Assembly: GCA_027486795.1 (NCBI GenBank)
Contig: JAIXOI010000023.1
Location: 322,076-386,075 of the forward strand
DNA: 64,000 nt
Direction of reading: 5' to 3'
DNA from: Sphingobacteriales bacterium
GTDB lineage: Bacteria; Bacteroidota; Bacteroidia; Chitinophagales; CAIOSU01
The notes under the pieces: generated by a model
Seen by the model: the letters and a program-made list of their open reading frames with translations, nothing else
What the model was told of the DNA's origin: nothing
The model's database searches: none
Made by a program: the position numbers and the translations under genes
In this document: positions 1 through 8,594 of the stretch, one piece after another
How the letters are laid out: each line of letters begins with the position of its first letter
Numbering within the stretch: position 1 is the first letter of the stretch

Positions 1-621
1 TTCTTTGATTTTGGCATTCTCAGCCAACTCGGCTGCTTTGGCATTAAAATCGGGCAACGCGAATTCTTCCAACAAACCTTTAGGATCATAAACGTAAGCT
101 GGGATAAAGATGAACTGGCCACTCATTTCAAGGTTGATGTGGTACACCTTGTTGCAAACAATAGTGTATTTGCGTTCATTTTCTGGGTACAAAATCACGT
201 TGTCAATCGACTCAAAGTAGGGTTTAATTTGCTCATTATCCACGCGAGGGCATTTGTACACCTTCAAGCTGAACAGCGCATCTTTAGCGGTAATAGGGGT
301 GCCATTGTCCCATTTAGCCTCCGGGCGAATTTCGTAGGTATAGCTCGTAAAACCAGTGGTTGAGTCGTAGCCCACAACCGGCAACTCGGTAACCAATAAT
401 GGCACCAACTCCAAGGTTACTGGGTCAACGGTAAGTGCTGTCGAAAACAATTTGCCTAGATAATACCCAGCTTCTGCGCTTTGGTAATTGGTAGGGTTCA
501 ACATGTCGGTATCCGAGAGTTCGTGCACCACCACATTGGTTCTTACTTTGGGTTTGCAACCCGCTACAAAAATGGCAAAAGCCATCAGTAAGGTATATTT
601 GGCAACTTGTTTAATTGACAT
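1..621 (-). CDS. ABC-type peptide/nickel family-5 substrate-binding lipoprotein, N-terminal part (3' end lies outside the window)
   Basis: Not in the ORF track because it runs off the edge. Manual reverse-strand translation from ATG at 621 gives MSIKQVAKYTLLMAFAIFVAGCKPKVRTNVVVHELSDTDMLNPTNYQSAEAGYYLGKLFSTALTVDP... The frame stays open to position 1. It has a lipobox (FVAGC) and an N-terminus resembling SBP_bac_5. Confidence 0.55.
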   Translation of the reverse strand, partial: MSIKQVAKYTLLMAFAIFVAGCKPKVRTNVVVHELSDTDMLNPTNYQSAEAGYYLGKLFSTALTVDPVTLELVPLLVTELPVVGYDSTTGFTSYTYEIRPEAKWDNGTPITAKDALFSLKVYKCPRVDNEQIKPYFESIDNVILYPENERKYTIVCNKVYHINLEMSGQFIFIPAYVYDPKGLLEEFALPDFNAKAAELAENAKIKE

Positions 622-799
622 GGCGATATGTGGTTTTATACAGGTTTTACAAGGTTAAGAGTCAAATTGGGCCTCGACCTTAAAAAGCAACTCTTGGATT
701 TGTTAAGTTTTGCTAATAAGTTTAATGGCTTGATAAGACAGAGAGCAAATATAAGACTTCTACCCTTAAATTGAATAGCTTTACAAAATAACCAATACA

Positions 800-1729
800 A
801 TGGTAAGTATGAGCACTAAAGAGACAGTATTAATAACTGGTGGATCGGGCTTAGTTGGTACTCGTTTGAGCCAATTATTGTTGGACGCAGGCTACCAAGT
901 GATACACTTGGGGCGCAAAAAATCTCGCAGTGGCAGCATACTTACCTACCAGTGGGATTTGAAAAAAGGTACCATTGAAGTAGAGGCCCTTTTGCGCGCC
1001 GACCATATTATTCACCTTGCCGGGGCGGGCGTGGTTGACTCGCGCTGGACCGATGAGCGTAAAAAAGAAATTTTGAGCAGCCGTGTTGATAGTGCCAATT
1101 TGCTATTGGCCGAGCTTAAAAAAATGCAACTAAAACCCATAACCTTTGTGTCATCGTCGGCAGTGGGGTATTATGGCAATACAGGTTCGGCCTTAGTAGC
1201 CGAAGATGCCGAGCCGGGCAATGATTTTTTGGCGGAGGTATGTACTGCTTGGGAAAACGCTGCCAAACAGTTCGAAGAAATTGGCTCGCGGGTGGTTATG
1301 CTGCGCACTGGCATTGTGCTATCAACCAAAGGCGGTGCACTGCCTAAAACCGCTGCACCGGTTAAGTTTGGCATTGGCGCTACCCTTGGCGATGGTACCC
1401 AATATGTGCCTTGGATACACATTGACGACCTCTGCCGCCAATACATATATGCCATACAGAACGAAAAAATGAAGGGCGTATACAATGCCGCAGCACCGCA
1501 ACCGGTTACCAATAAAGAGTTTACCGATAGTATTGGCGATGCCCTGGGTAAAAAGACCATTAACACCCCTGCGCCAGCTTTTGTATTGAAACTAGCCATG
1601 GGCGAAATGGCCATTGCCGTATTGGGCGGCCAGCGCACCAGTAGTAAGAAAATACAAGATGCAGGCTTTGCCTTCCATTTTGCGCAATTGGTACCAGCGC
1701 TGAAGGATGTTTTTGAGCGTGGGGTGTAG
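800..1729 (+). CDS. TIGR01777/YfcH-like NAD-dependent epimerase family protein (SDR fold plus DUF1731 C-terminus)
   Basis: 309 aa. It has the Rossmann motif LITGGSGLVGTRL, the SRV..T..L motif and a C-terminal DUF1731-like tail. The start may instead be the ATG at 809. Confidence 0.8.
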   Translation: MVSMSTKETVLITGGSGLVGTRLSQLLLDAGYQVIHLGRKKSRSGSILTYQWDLKKGTIEVEALLRADHIIHLAGAGVVDSRWTDERKKEILSSRVDSANLLLAELKKMQLKPITFVSSSAVGYYGNTGSALVAEDAEPGNDFLAEVCTAWENAAKQFEEIGSRVVMLRTGIVLSTKGGALPKTAAPVKFGIGATLGDGTQYVPWIHIDDLCRQYIYAIQNEKMKGVYNAAAPQPVTNKEFTDSIGDALGKKTINTPAPAFVLKLAMGEMAIAVLGGQRTSSKKIQDAGFAFHFAQLVPALKDVFERGV

Positions 1730-1809
1730 GTTTTTTGTGTAAACCTTGATTTTGCGTTGATTAGCGTGATGCAGTTTGCTATCATTTTTATTCTTGGTAT
1801 TTTTACCAT

Positions 1810-2055
1810 ATGCAACTGGTACACCCCAAATACAACCGCATAACAATTGACCCTGACATGTGCTTTGGGAAACCGTGCATTCGTGGTATGCGCATGCCCG
1901 TATCATCAATACTTGACTATTTGGCCAGCGGTATGGGATTAGATGAGATTCTCCTTGATTTTGACTTTCTGGAGCGGGAAGATATATACCAAGCCTTGGC
2001 TTTTGCCTCTGAAGCAATGCAGGAGCGATACATTCCTTTTGGCAAGGCATCATGA
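1810..2055 (+). CDS. DUF433 domain protein (putative antitoxin-like partner)
   Basis: 81 aa. The core ITIDPDMCFGKPCIRGMRMPVSSILDYLASG is typical of DUF433. Its stop overlaps the next start by 4 bp (ATGA). Confidence 0.75.
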   Translation: MQLVHPKYNRITIDPDMCFGKPCIRGMRMPVSSILDYLASGMGLDEILLDFDFLEREDIYQALAFASEAMQERYIPFGKAS

Positions 2056-2414
2056 AGTTTTTGCTAGATGTAAATATGCCTCCTCAATTAGCTGCATCTC
2101 TCTCAAAGATTGGGCACGAAGCAAGACATGCATCATTGGAGGGGTTTCCTAAAGCCAGCGACTTTGAGTTGCTTGAAATTGCTAAACTTGAAAATGAAGT
2201 TATATTAACACATGACTTAGATTTTGGCCAGTTACTTGCCTTCACGGGGTACAGGTATCCCTCTGTGGTCATCTTTCGCATCCACCAAATCAATGCTGGC
2301 ATGTTTGGGCGCCTGTTACTTTCCAATTGGCATCTGCTGGAGCAATCTTTGATTGATGGATCAGTTATAATTATTGAAGAAGAAAAAATTAGGATTAAGA
2401 AACTGCCAATATAA
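2052..2414 (+). CDS. DUF5615-type PIN-like domain protein (putative toxin partner of DUF433)
   Basis: 120 aa. It has the N-terminal MKFLLDVNMP and the ILTHDLDFG motif typical of Mut7-C/DUF5615 PIN-like proteins. It is translationally coupled to the upstream DUF433 gene. Confidence 0.7.
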   Translation: MKFLLDVNMPPQLAASLSKIGHEARHASLEGFPKASDFELLEIAKLENEVILTHDLDFGQLLAFTGYRYPSVVIFRIHQINAGMFGRLLLSNWHLLEQSLIDGSVIIIEEEKIRIKKLPI

Positions 2415-2546
2415 AGCCGCGTGCTCTACCTTGCATAAGTATCAAAACTGCATTCACAAACAGTTTTTAGGGTGCAACTATCATCAAACCATTGTCATAT
2501 TGGATCTCGCCTTAGGCGAGAAAGTACGCAACCCGCAACCAAATTG

Positions 2547-5516
2547 CTACTTCTCATGCTCCATGGCCACGTTATCTACATTGGCCTTGCGCACGGCATC
2601 GTATATGGCGTCGTGTATGTTGGTGCGGATACCGCTGGTAAGTAACTTGCGGTTTTCGGCATCTGGGTAAACGCGGTTAGAAAGGAACACGTAAATAAGG
2701 TCGTTTTCGGGGTCGGCCCACACGCCAGTGCCCGTAAAGCCGGTATGCCCAAATGTGTATTTAGATGCCATATTGCTGGTAGGCCCCCCAACGCCCGATG
2801 GCTCGGGCTTGTCAAAGCCCAACCCACGGCGGCTTCGGGTATCCCATTGTTTCGTAAACTCCGATATGGTAGTTGGGTTAAGGTAGCGCACTCCCGCATA
2901 CTCGCCACGGTTAATCAGCATCTGAAACAGAATGGCTAAATCGTTGGCACTTGAAAACAAGCCCGCATGGCCTCCTACCCCGCCCATCATGGCGGCACCT
3001 TGGTCGTGCACGTAGCCGTGTACCAAGGTTTTACGGTAAACTTTGTCGTCTTCAGTAGGCGTAATACGCGACAGCGGGAAACGCTCAGTAGGCATATAGC
3101 CCATAGTTGGCAACCCTAGCTTGGCATAAAAAGTGGTGTCTAAAAAGTGTGGATAGTTATCCTGCACTTGGTCTTCAATCACATCCTTCATCAATATAAA
3201 ACCCAAATCGCTATATACATAAGTGGGGTCTTTGGTGAGCTTGGTTGTGTAAATGGTATTGATGATAGAATCTTTATAATCGACACGCATAAATAGCTTG
3301 TCGGTTACTTTCAAGCAATACACGCTATCGGCATTTACCCGGTAGCAAATAGCAAACATGCTATCCTTAAGGGTTTGCGCATAAAAAGGGATATATGGCC
3401 TCAATCCAGCATAATGTGTAAGCACATCGCGGGCATAAGCATTGCCCAGGTCTTGCCCCTCTAGCGCGGGTATAAACTCCGATAACCTGCGATTGATGAA
3501 AAACTTGTTCGCATCGTGCTGGTGCATCAACGCTATGGCAGTGGCCGCCACTTTGGTTATCGATGCCAAATCATACAAATCGGTGGTAAGCACCGGGTGC
3601 GTGGTATCGTAAGTGTGGTAACCGAAGGCTTTGTTGTATATTACCTTACCGTTTTTTACTACCAATACTTGGCATCCTGGGGTAGCGCCGTCTTTAATGG
3701 CCTGCAAGGCAAGGCTATCTACTTTCTCCAAATCGACACTAGCAATGCCCACGGCTTCGGGCAGGGTATATTGCAAGCGGCCAAGCGGGTTAGTGTTCAT
3801 GCCAATACCGTAAGCATATTTGGTACTAACTGTAACCGGCAATTTGCCCAAGGCCGGGCGCGCACCAAACAACACCTCGGCAGCCAAGTGCTGCGTATTG
3901 CTGTTTTCTTCATATGCTACCAACACCCAGTCTTGCCCTTCGAAATATTTTAAGCTGTAGGGGTTGCCAAATATCACCACTACCACTTGGGTTTTGGCAG
4001 ATAGTTCTTTTAAAAAATTCATGCTTGCTGGCTCAATACCAAAGTTTTTGCTGGCATACTGGCTCATATCATGAAAGCCAACCACCACTTTGGTGTACTT
4101 GCCCAACTTGGCCAACAATGTTTGATAGCCCGCCGCATCGGCTGCTTTGCTTATTTGGTAATGATCGAAACGATTATACAGCGACAAACTCTCTTGAAAC
4201 TTGGTTTGCTTGGTAGCACCTATTGAAACGGATGCAAACGAATCCTTATCCAAGGTCTTAAAAGGCAACAGGTTGCCTTTGTTGGCCACTAAAGTAAGGG
4301 CACTAGCGTAGAGGTCTTGTATAAGCTGTTTGGCAACAGGCGTGTTCAGTTCTTTTTGCAGGTTAGCTAGCGGTATGGGCCTCCAGTTGTACAAGCCCGC
4401 ATCGTATTTGGCGGCCAGCAGTAGCTTACAACGCTGCTCAAACTCCGCTTGGCTGATGTCGCCGTTTTTCAACGCAGTTTTAATCAACTCTATACTCTTG
4501 GGTATATCTTCGGCAAAAAGCAGCACATCGTTGCCTGCCAAAAACGCCATTAAGCAAACCTTACTTGGGTCGCCCGCACCTGCAGCACCTTTCATGTTCA
4601 GGGCATCCGAAAACACGAGACCCTTAAATCCCATTTCTTGTTTCAAAATACCCGTAACCACTTTCCTCGACAGCGAGGTGGGCATTTGGGGGGTATTGTC
4701 GAGGGCAGGTATAAACAAGTGCGCAGCCATGATGCTACCCACACCGTTTTCAATGAGTTTCTTAAACGGGTACATCTCCAACGAATCCAATCGTTTGCGG
4801 TTGTGATTGATAACCGGCAAACTTAAATGCGAATCGGAATCGGTATCGCCATGGCCAGGAAAGTGCTTAGCACAGGCCATTACACCTTCGTTTTGCATGC
4901 CCTTCATGTAGGCCACGCCCTTATCGGCTACGTTGTGTATGTCCTCGCCAAACGAACGGAAATTGATAACCGGGTTCTTGGGGTTGTTGTTTACGTCCAC
5001 ATCGGGCGCAAAGTTTACGTGTATGCCCAAGCGGCGGCACTGCTTGGCCACCTCATTGCCCATGCGCTCAATCAGTTTATTGTCTTGTATCGCACCTAGC
5101 GTAAGTTGGTACGGGAAGGTAAGGGTACTATCCTTCAATCGCATGGCCACGCCCCACTCGCCGTCAATGGCTATCAGTAGTTTTGTTTTGGCAAGGGCTT
5201 GGTAGCGGTTGGTCAGTATCAATTCCCTAGCTGGGCCGCCTTGCATAAAAATGAGCCCGCCAATTTTATAGTCTATTATTAGGCGCTCAATTTCTTTAAC
5301 GTGGGCCTCGTCTTTGTTGCTGTAAGCAGCCACCATAAAAAACTGCCCGATGCGCTCGTTTATGTTTAGTGAATTGTACACCGAATCAATCCAGACTTGC
5401 TTGTTGGGTACCGGCTGCACCGACAAAGCACTATCAACCACCGGGTTGTTTTGGGCAACCACCGGAGCCAATGTGCTCACAATCAATAACAACAGTAGTA
5501 CTATACGCATCTTCAT
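2547..5516 (-). CDS. Secreted glycoside hydrolase family 3 (NagZ-like) fused to a beta-lactamase-fold serine hydrolase domain
   Basis: 989 aa with a signal peptide. It carries the GH3 motif KHFPGHGDTDSDSH in the N-terminal half. The C-terminal half has an SxxK motif (ASITKVA) and a YSD-type context, as in class C beta-lactamase/PBP4-like proteins. Confidence 0.8.
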   Translation of the reverse strand: MKMRIVLLLLLIVSTLAPVVAQNNPVVDSALSVQPVPNKQVWIDSVYNSLNINERIGQFFMVAAYSNKDEAHVKEIERLIIDYKIGGLIFMQGGPARELILTNRYQALAKTKLLIAIDGEWGVAMRLKDSTLTFPYQLTLGAIQDNKLIERMGNEVAKQCRRLGIHVNFAPDVDVNNNPKNPVINFRSFGEDIHNVADKGVAYMKGMQNEGVMACAKHFPGHGDTDSDSHLSLPVINHNRKRLDSLEMYPFKKLIENGVGSIMAAHLFIPALDNTPQMPTSLSRKVVTGILKQEMGFKGLVFSDALNMKGAAGAGDPSKVCLMAFLAGNDVLLFAEDIPKSIELIKTALKNGDISQAEFEQRCKLLLAAKYDAGLYNWRPIPLANLQKELNTPVAKQLIQDLYASALTLVANKGNLLPFKTLDKDSFASVSIGATKQTKFQESLSLYNRFDHYQISKAADAAGYQTLLAKLGKYTKVVVGFHDMSQYASKNFGIEPASMNFLKELSAKTQVVVVIFGNPYSLKYFEGQDWVLVAYEENSNTQHLAAEVLFGARPALGKLPVTVSTKYAYGIGMNTNPLGRLQYTLPEAVGIASVDLEKVDSLALQAIKDGATPGCQVLVVKNGKVIYNKAFGYHTYDTTHPVLTTDLYDLASITKVAATAIALMHQHDANKFFINRRLSEFIPALEGQDLGNAYARDVLTHYAGLRPYIPFYAQTLKDSMFAICYRVNADSVYCLKVTDKLFMRVDYKDSIINTIYTTKLTKDPTYVYSDLGFILMKDVIEDQVQDNYPHFLDTTFYAKLGLPTMGYMPTERFPLSRITPTEDDKVYRKTLVHGYVHDQGAAMMGGVGGHAGLFSSANDLAILFQMLINRGEYAGVRYLNPTTISEFTKQWDTRSRRGLGFDKPEPSGVGGPTSNMASKYTFGHTGFTGTGVWADPENDLIYVFLSNRVYPDAENRKLLTSGIRTNIHDAIYDAVRKANVDNVAMEHEK

Positions 5517-5788
5517 TGGTATAAATCTATTCCCTTATTGTGGTAATAGTGTAATAATGGTGCCAATTTGTGTTAACGCTGCATTGTTGATACCTGTATT
5601 TGTACGTACCAACGCGGTAACCGACCGTTAAAAGAGCACTAATTATTACGCAATTAGTGCATAGCCCTAAATCCAAACTATGCAACCATCAAGAACAACA
5701 ACGGATTATATAGCCAGATTAGTGCCACAATCGGCGTAAAAAGATTTTGATTTAACAGGATTTTAATTGGGGCGGTGAAACCTGCAAG

Positions 5789-6304
5789 CTACTTATCATC
5801 AAAGGTTTTAAAACCTATTTTTTTGCGTTCTTGTTGCGCTTTGGTCTGTGTGTCTTTATCCAATAAATAGGAAAGCGCTTCATAAACGTCTTCAAATTTT
5901 TTGTTGAATTTACTCTCTAGCTCTCTTAACTTTAAAGTTAAATCATTGTGAGTGAGGGCATACTGCCGCAGAAACACAAAAGCCCTGATTATTTGTATGT
6001 TTATCTCAATGGCTTTGGCACTGCTTAGCACACTAGATAACATAGCTACGCCTTGCTCCGTAAAAGCAAATGGCACATACCTAGTTCCACCTCTGTTTGA
6101 GGTCACAATCTGTGATCTCAAAGTTTCAAACTCCTCCTTACTTAATTCGAACATGAAGTCAGCAGGAAAGCGATCAAGGTTCCTTCTTACTGCTTGCTTC
6201 AAAGTGCGTGTTTCAACTTCATACAAATCGGCAAGATCGAAGTCAAACATTACTTTCTGACCCCGTATTTCGTAAATTTTACTTTGAATTGCCTGCAGTT
6301 GCAT
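5789..6304 (-). CDS. ORF6N (KilA-N-like) DNA-binding domain protein
   Basis: 171 aa. The N-terminus IYEIRGQKVMFDFDLADLYEVETRTLKQAVRRNLDRFPADFMFEL matches the ORF6N domain pattern. Confidence 0.7.
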   Translation of the reverse strand: MQLQAIQSKIYEIRGQKVMFDFDLADLYEVETRTLKQAVRRNLDRFPADFMFELSKEEFETLRSQIVTSNRGGTRYVPFAFTEQGVAMLSSVLSSAKAIEINIQIIRAFVFLRQYALTHNDLTLKLRELESKFNKKFEDVYEALSYLLDKDTQTKAQQERKKIGFKTFDDK

Positions 6305-6384
6305 CTTTCAAGCTTTAAGTCAGTTAATTCCCTATTAAATATTCATTTGGCGAAATATTAACATTGCTTTCGATTATCCTTATC

Positions 6385-8475
6385 CTACTTCGCAGCGCCT
6401 AACTGGTTCAGCTTGGTTTGGTACTCTTGTACCTTATTGGCTTGGCCCAGGGCGGTGTAGCTATTTACTAGGTTCTGATAGAATGGCCTATACTTAGGGT
6501 CGATTGCCAAGCCCTTCAAACAGGTTTTTATGGCGTTATCATAGTCCTGCATTAAGCCGTAGGCCACCCCAAGGTCTTCGTAATAGTATACCGTGCCGGG
6601 GTTTATTTTAATAGCCTCGTTTATTTTTTCAATAGCCAGGGGCAGGTTGTTCTGCTGCTGGCCTGCAAATTTACCCCAACGATAATACACCTCCCCGCGG
6701 TTTTGGCGCACGCTTTCCGCTTTTTCGGGTTTTAGCTGCAGGGCCAAATCCAAGTATAGCAGGGCATCCTTGTACTTGTTCATATCGCGGTAGGCAATAG
6801 CCAAGTTATAGTGGGCATCAAACGAGTTAGGGTTAAACTCCTTGGCTTTTGAGTAGCACTCCATAGCCTTGGTAAAATCGGTATCGCGCTTATAGTACAC
6901 GTTGCCTAGCAACAACCACGCATTGCTATACTGAGGGTAAATTTCTAAGGCACGCTTTAGGGTCTTCTCTGCGTCATTCAAATACTCCTTTTGCTGGGCT
7001 GGCGTAGCGGCGGTATCAGCGGCGGTAGCCAACTCGCCACCATAGGCATTGGCCACTTTGGCGCTATTAGGCGATAGTTTCACATCGGTACTGAACAGGG
7101 TCATGTCGTTTTTCCAAACTGGGTTGCGCGAAATGGTTTTTACCGAATAGCCCAACATGATTACGCCCAGCACTATCAACAACGTTTTTGAATTGAGCAC
7201 CTTGGCGTAGCCCCAATTTTTGGTTTTGGCATAGTTGGTAACCTTTACCAGCAATATGGCGGCAATGATGGCAAAGCCCAACGATGGCATAAACACAAAA
7301 CGCTCGTTCATGGCTATGCCTACGCTAAACAATATATTGCTTACAATGGAAATGGTGATAAAGAAGTACAGCACCGCAAAGGCTATCGGGTCTTTTTTGA
7401 AAATGCCGAAAATGGTATAGGCCCCAACACCTAGATAGAATACGGTAGGCAACAAGGCCTGCCAATTGCTCCATTTGTAAATGGGCACTTGCCAAGGGTA
7501 GTAATCGTGGGTAAGCGGGTGCGGAAACAGCAATAATTGCAGGTACTTGCCAAACGTAAACGCTACTGTGGCCAGCCTATCGGCTTGGTTGCTAAAGGCA
7601 AATGGGTCGTTGAGTATTTCGTAGGTTTTGCCGCCTATTTCGGGCGCCGAAAGATAGTGCGTGCGGATAGCAAAATACAAACCTGCCGAAACCACTAATA
7701 CCAAGCCGCTAACCAGTCCTTTCACCAAACCCTTGTCGCTATAAAAGAAGTAATAAACCAGCGGTATAATGGCTAAAAAAGTTATGGCGTTCTCTTTGCT
7801 CAATATGGCCAATACAAAAACCGGCAAGGCCAACAAAACATAGCCCAGCTTGCTGGTTTCGAAATAGCGGATGCAAAGGTACAGCGTGCCTATGGCGCCC
7901 ATCATGCCCATTATCTCATCGCGGCCTTTAATGTTGGCTACCGCCTCGGTGTGTATGGGGTGGGCAGCATATATCAAGGCGGCTATAAAGGGCACCGTAA
8001 GCCACGGGTATTCACCTTCAAACTTAGCCTTAAATAGCTTTTGTAACGTGAGCAATATAAGCACACAGGTAAGCCCGTAAAGCACAATGTTGTTGAAATG
8101 GTATATCCATGGGTGCTCCAGCCCAAAAAGCTCATACTCAATGGCAAAAGTGGCAATTGATAGGGGCCTGTACCTACCACCCACCACAAAAGCAAAGTTT
8201 TTGCCAAAAAAACCTTCAAAAGCATCGGTGGTCATTATCTCGTCAATGCCCGCAATGCCCTGTTGGGTAAAGGTGTTTTTAGTGAGCACGATCATATCAT
8301 CCAAGGCGTAGGCATTGCCTAGAGTGTTGGCATACAATACAAAGACGGTTAAGAAAATACCTAGACATTGAATCTTCAACCAATTCTTACTGCCTGCCAC
8401 TTGGTTTAGCGGCAACGTAGCGGCCTTAACTGGTTCGGTTTCGGTAGGTCGTTTTTGTGCACTCTTCTTTCCCAT
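6385..8475 (-). CDS. Polytopic membrane protein with C-terminal TPR repeats (TMTC/PMT_2-like GT-C glycosyltransferase candidate)
   Basis: 696 aa. The first ~460 aa contain about 10 hydrophobic helices. These are followed by TPR-like repeats (AWLLLGNVYY, AHYNLAIAY, YYEDLGVAY). Confidence 0.55.
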   Translation of the reverse strand: MGKKSAQKRPTETEPVKAATLPLNQVAGSKNWLKIQCLGIFLTVFVLYANTLGNAYALDDMIVLTKNTFTQQGIAGIDEIMTTDAFEGFFGKNFAFVVGGRYRPLSIATFAIEYELFGLEHPWIYHFNNIVLYGLTCVLILLTLQKLFKAKFEGEYPWLTVPFIAALIYAAHPIHTEAVANIKGRDEIMGMMGAIGTLYLCIRYFETSKLGYVLLALPVFVLAILSKENAITFLAIIPLVYYFFYSDKGLVKGLVSGLVLVVSAGLYFAIRTHYLSAPEIGGKTYEILNDPFAFSNQADRLATVAFTFGKYLQLLLFPHPLTHDYYPWQVPIYKWSNWQALLPTVFYLGVGAYTIFGIFKKDPIAFAVLYFFITISIVSNILFSVGIAMNERFVFMPSLGFAIIAAILLVKVTNYAKTKNWGYAKVLNSKTLLIVLGVIMLGYSVKTISRNPVWKNDMTLFSTDVKLSPNSAKVANAYGGELATAADTAATPAQQKEYLNDAEKTLKRALEIYPQYSNAWLLLGNVYYKRDTDFTKAMECYSKAKEFNPNSFDAHYNLAIAYRDMNKYKDALLYLDLALQLKPEKAESVRQNRGEVYYRWGKFAGQQQNNLPLAIEKINEAIKINPGTVYYYEDLGVAYGLMQDYDNAIKTCLKGLAIDPKYRPFYQNLVNSYTALGQANKVQEYQTKLNQLGAAK

Positions 8476-8594
8476 GGCAGTAGTTGGTGTGCTAGTATGT
8501 AGCTCACATACAAATTAAACCCCAATTTGGCAGACTGGCAACTTTACAGGGTTATAAGTGTAAGATGTCGCCGTGTAAAATAGACAACTATATT

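Noticed and set aside
1171-2053. Minus-strand ORFs 1171..1824 and 1592..2053, which overlap the epimerase and DUF433 genes
   Set aside because: They are antisense to well-supported genes and give low-complexity, Cys/Pro-rich translations.
2505-2521. 7-bp hairpin TCTCGCC-TTA-GGCGAGA between the convergent PIN-like and GH3 genes
   Set aside because: There is no U-tract on either side. It is plausible as a weak bidirectional terminator but is not supported well enough to annotate.
5636-5725. 9-bp inverted repeat GCACTAATT/AATTAGTGC (5636-5660) with a third ATTAGTGC copy at 5718-5725, downstream of the ORF6N gene
   Set aside because: The stems are short and AT-rich and lie 130 nt from the stop. 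This is a possible weak terminator, but the evidence is insufficient.
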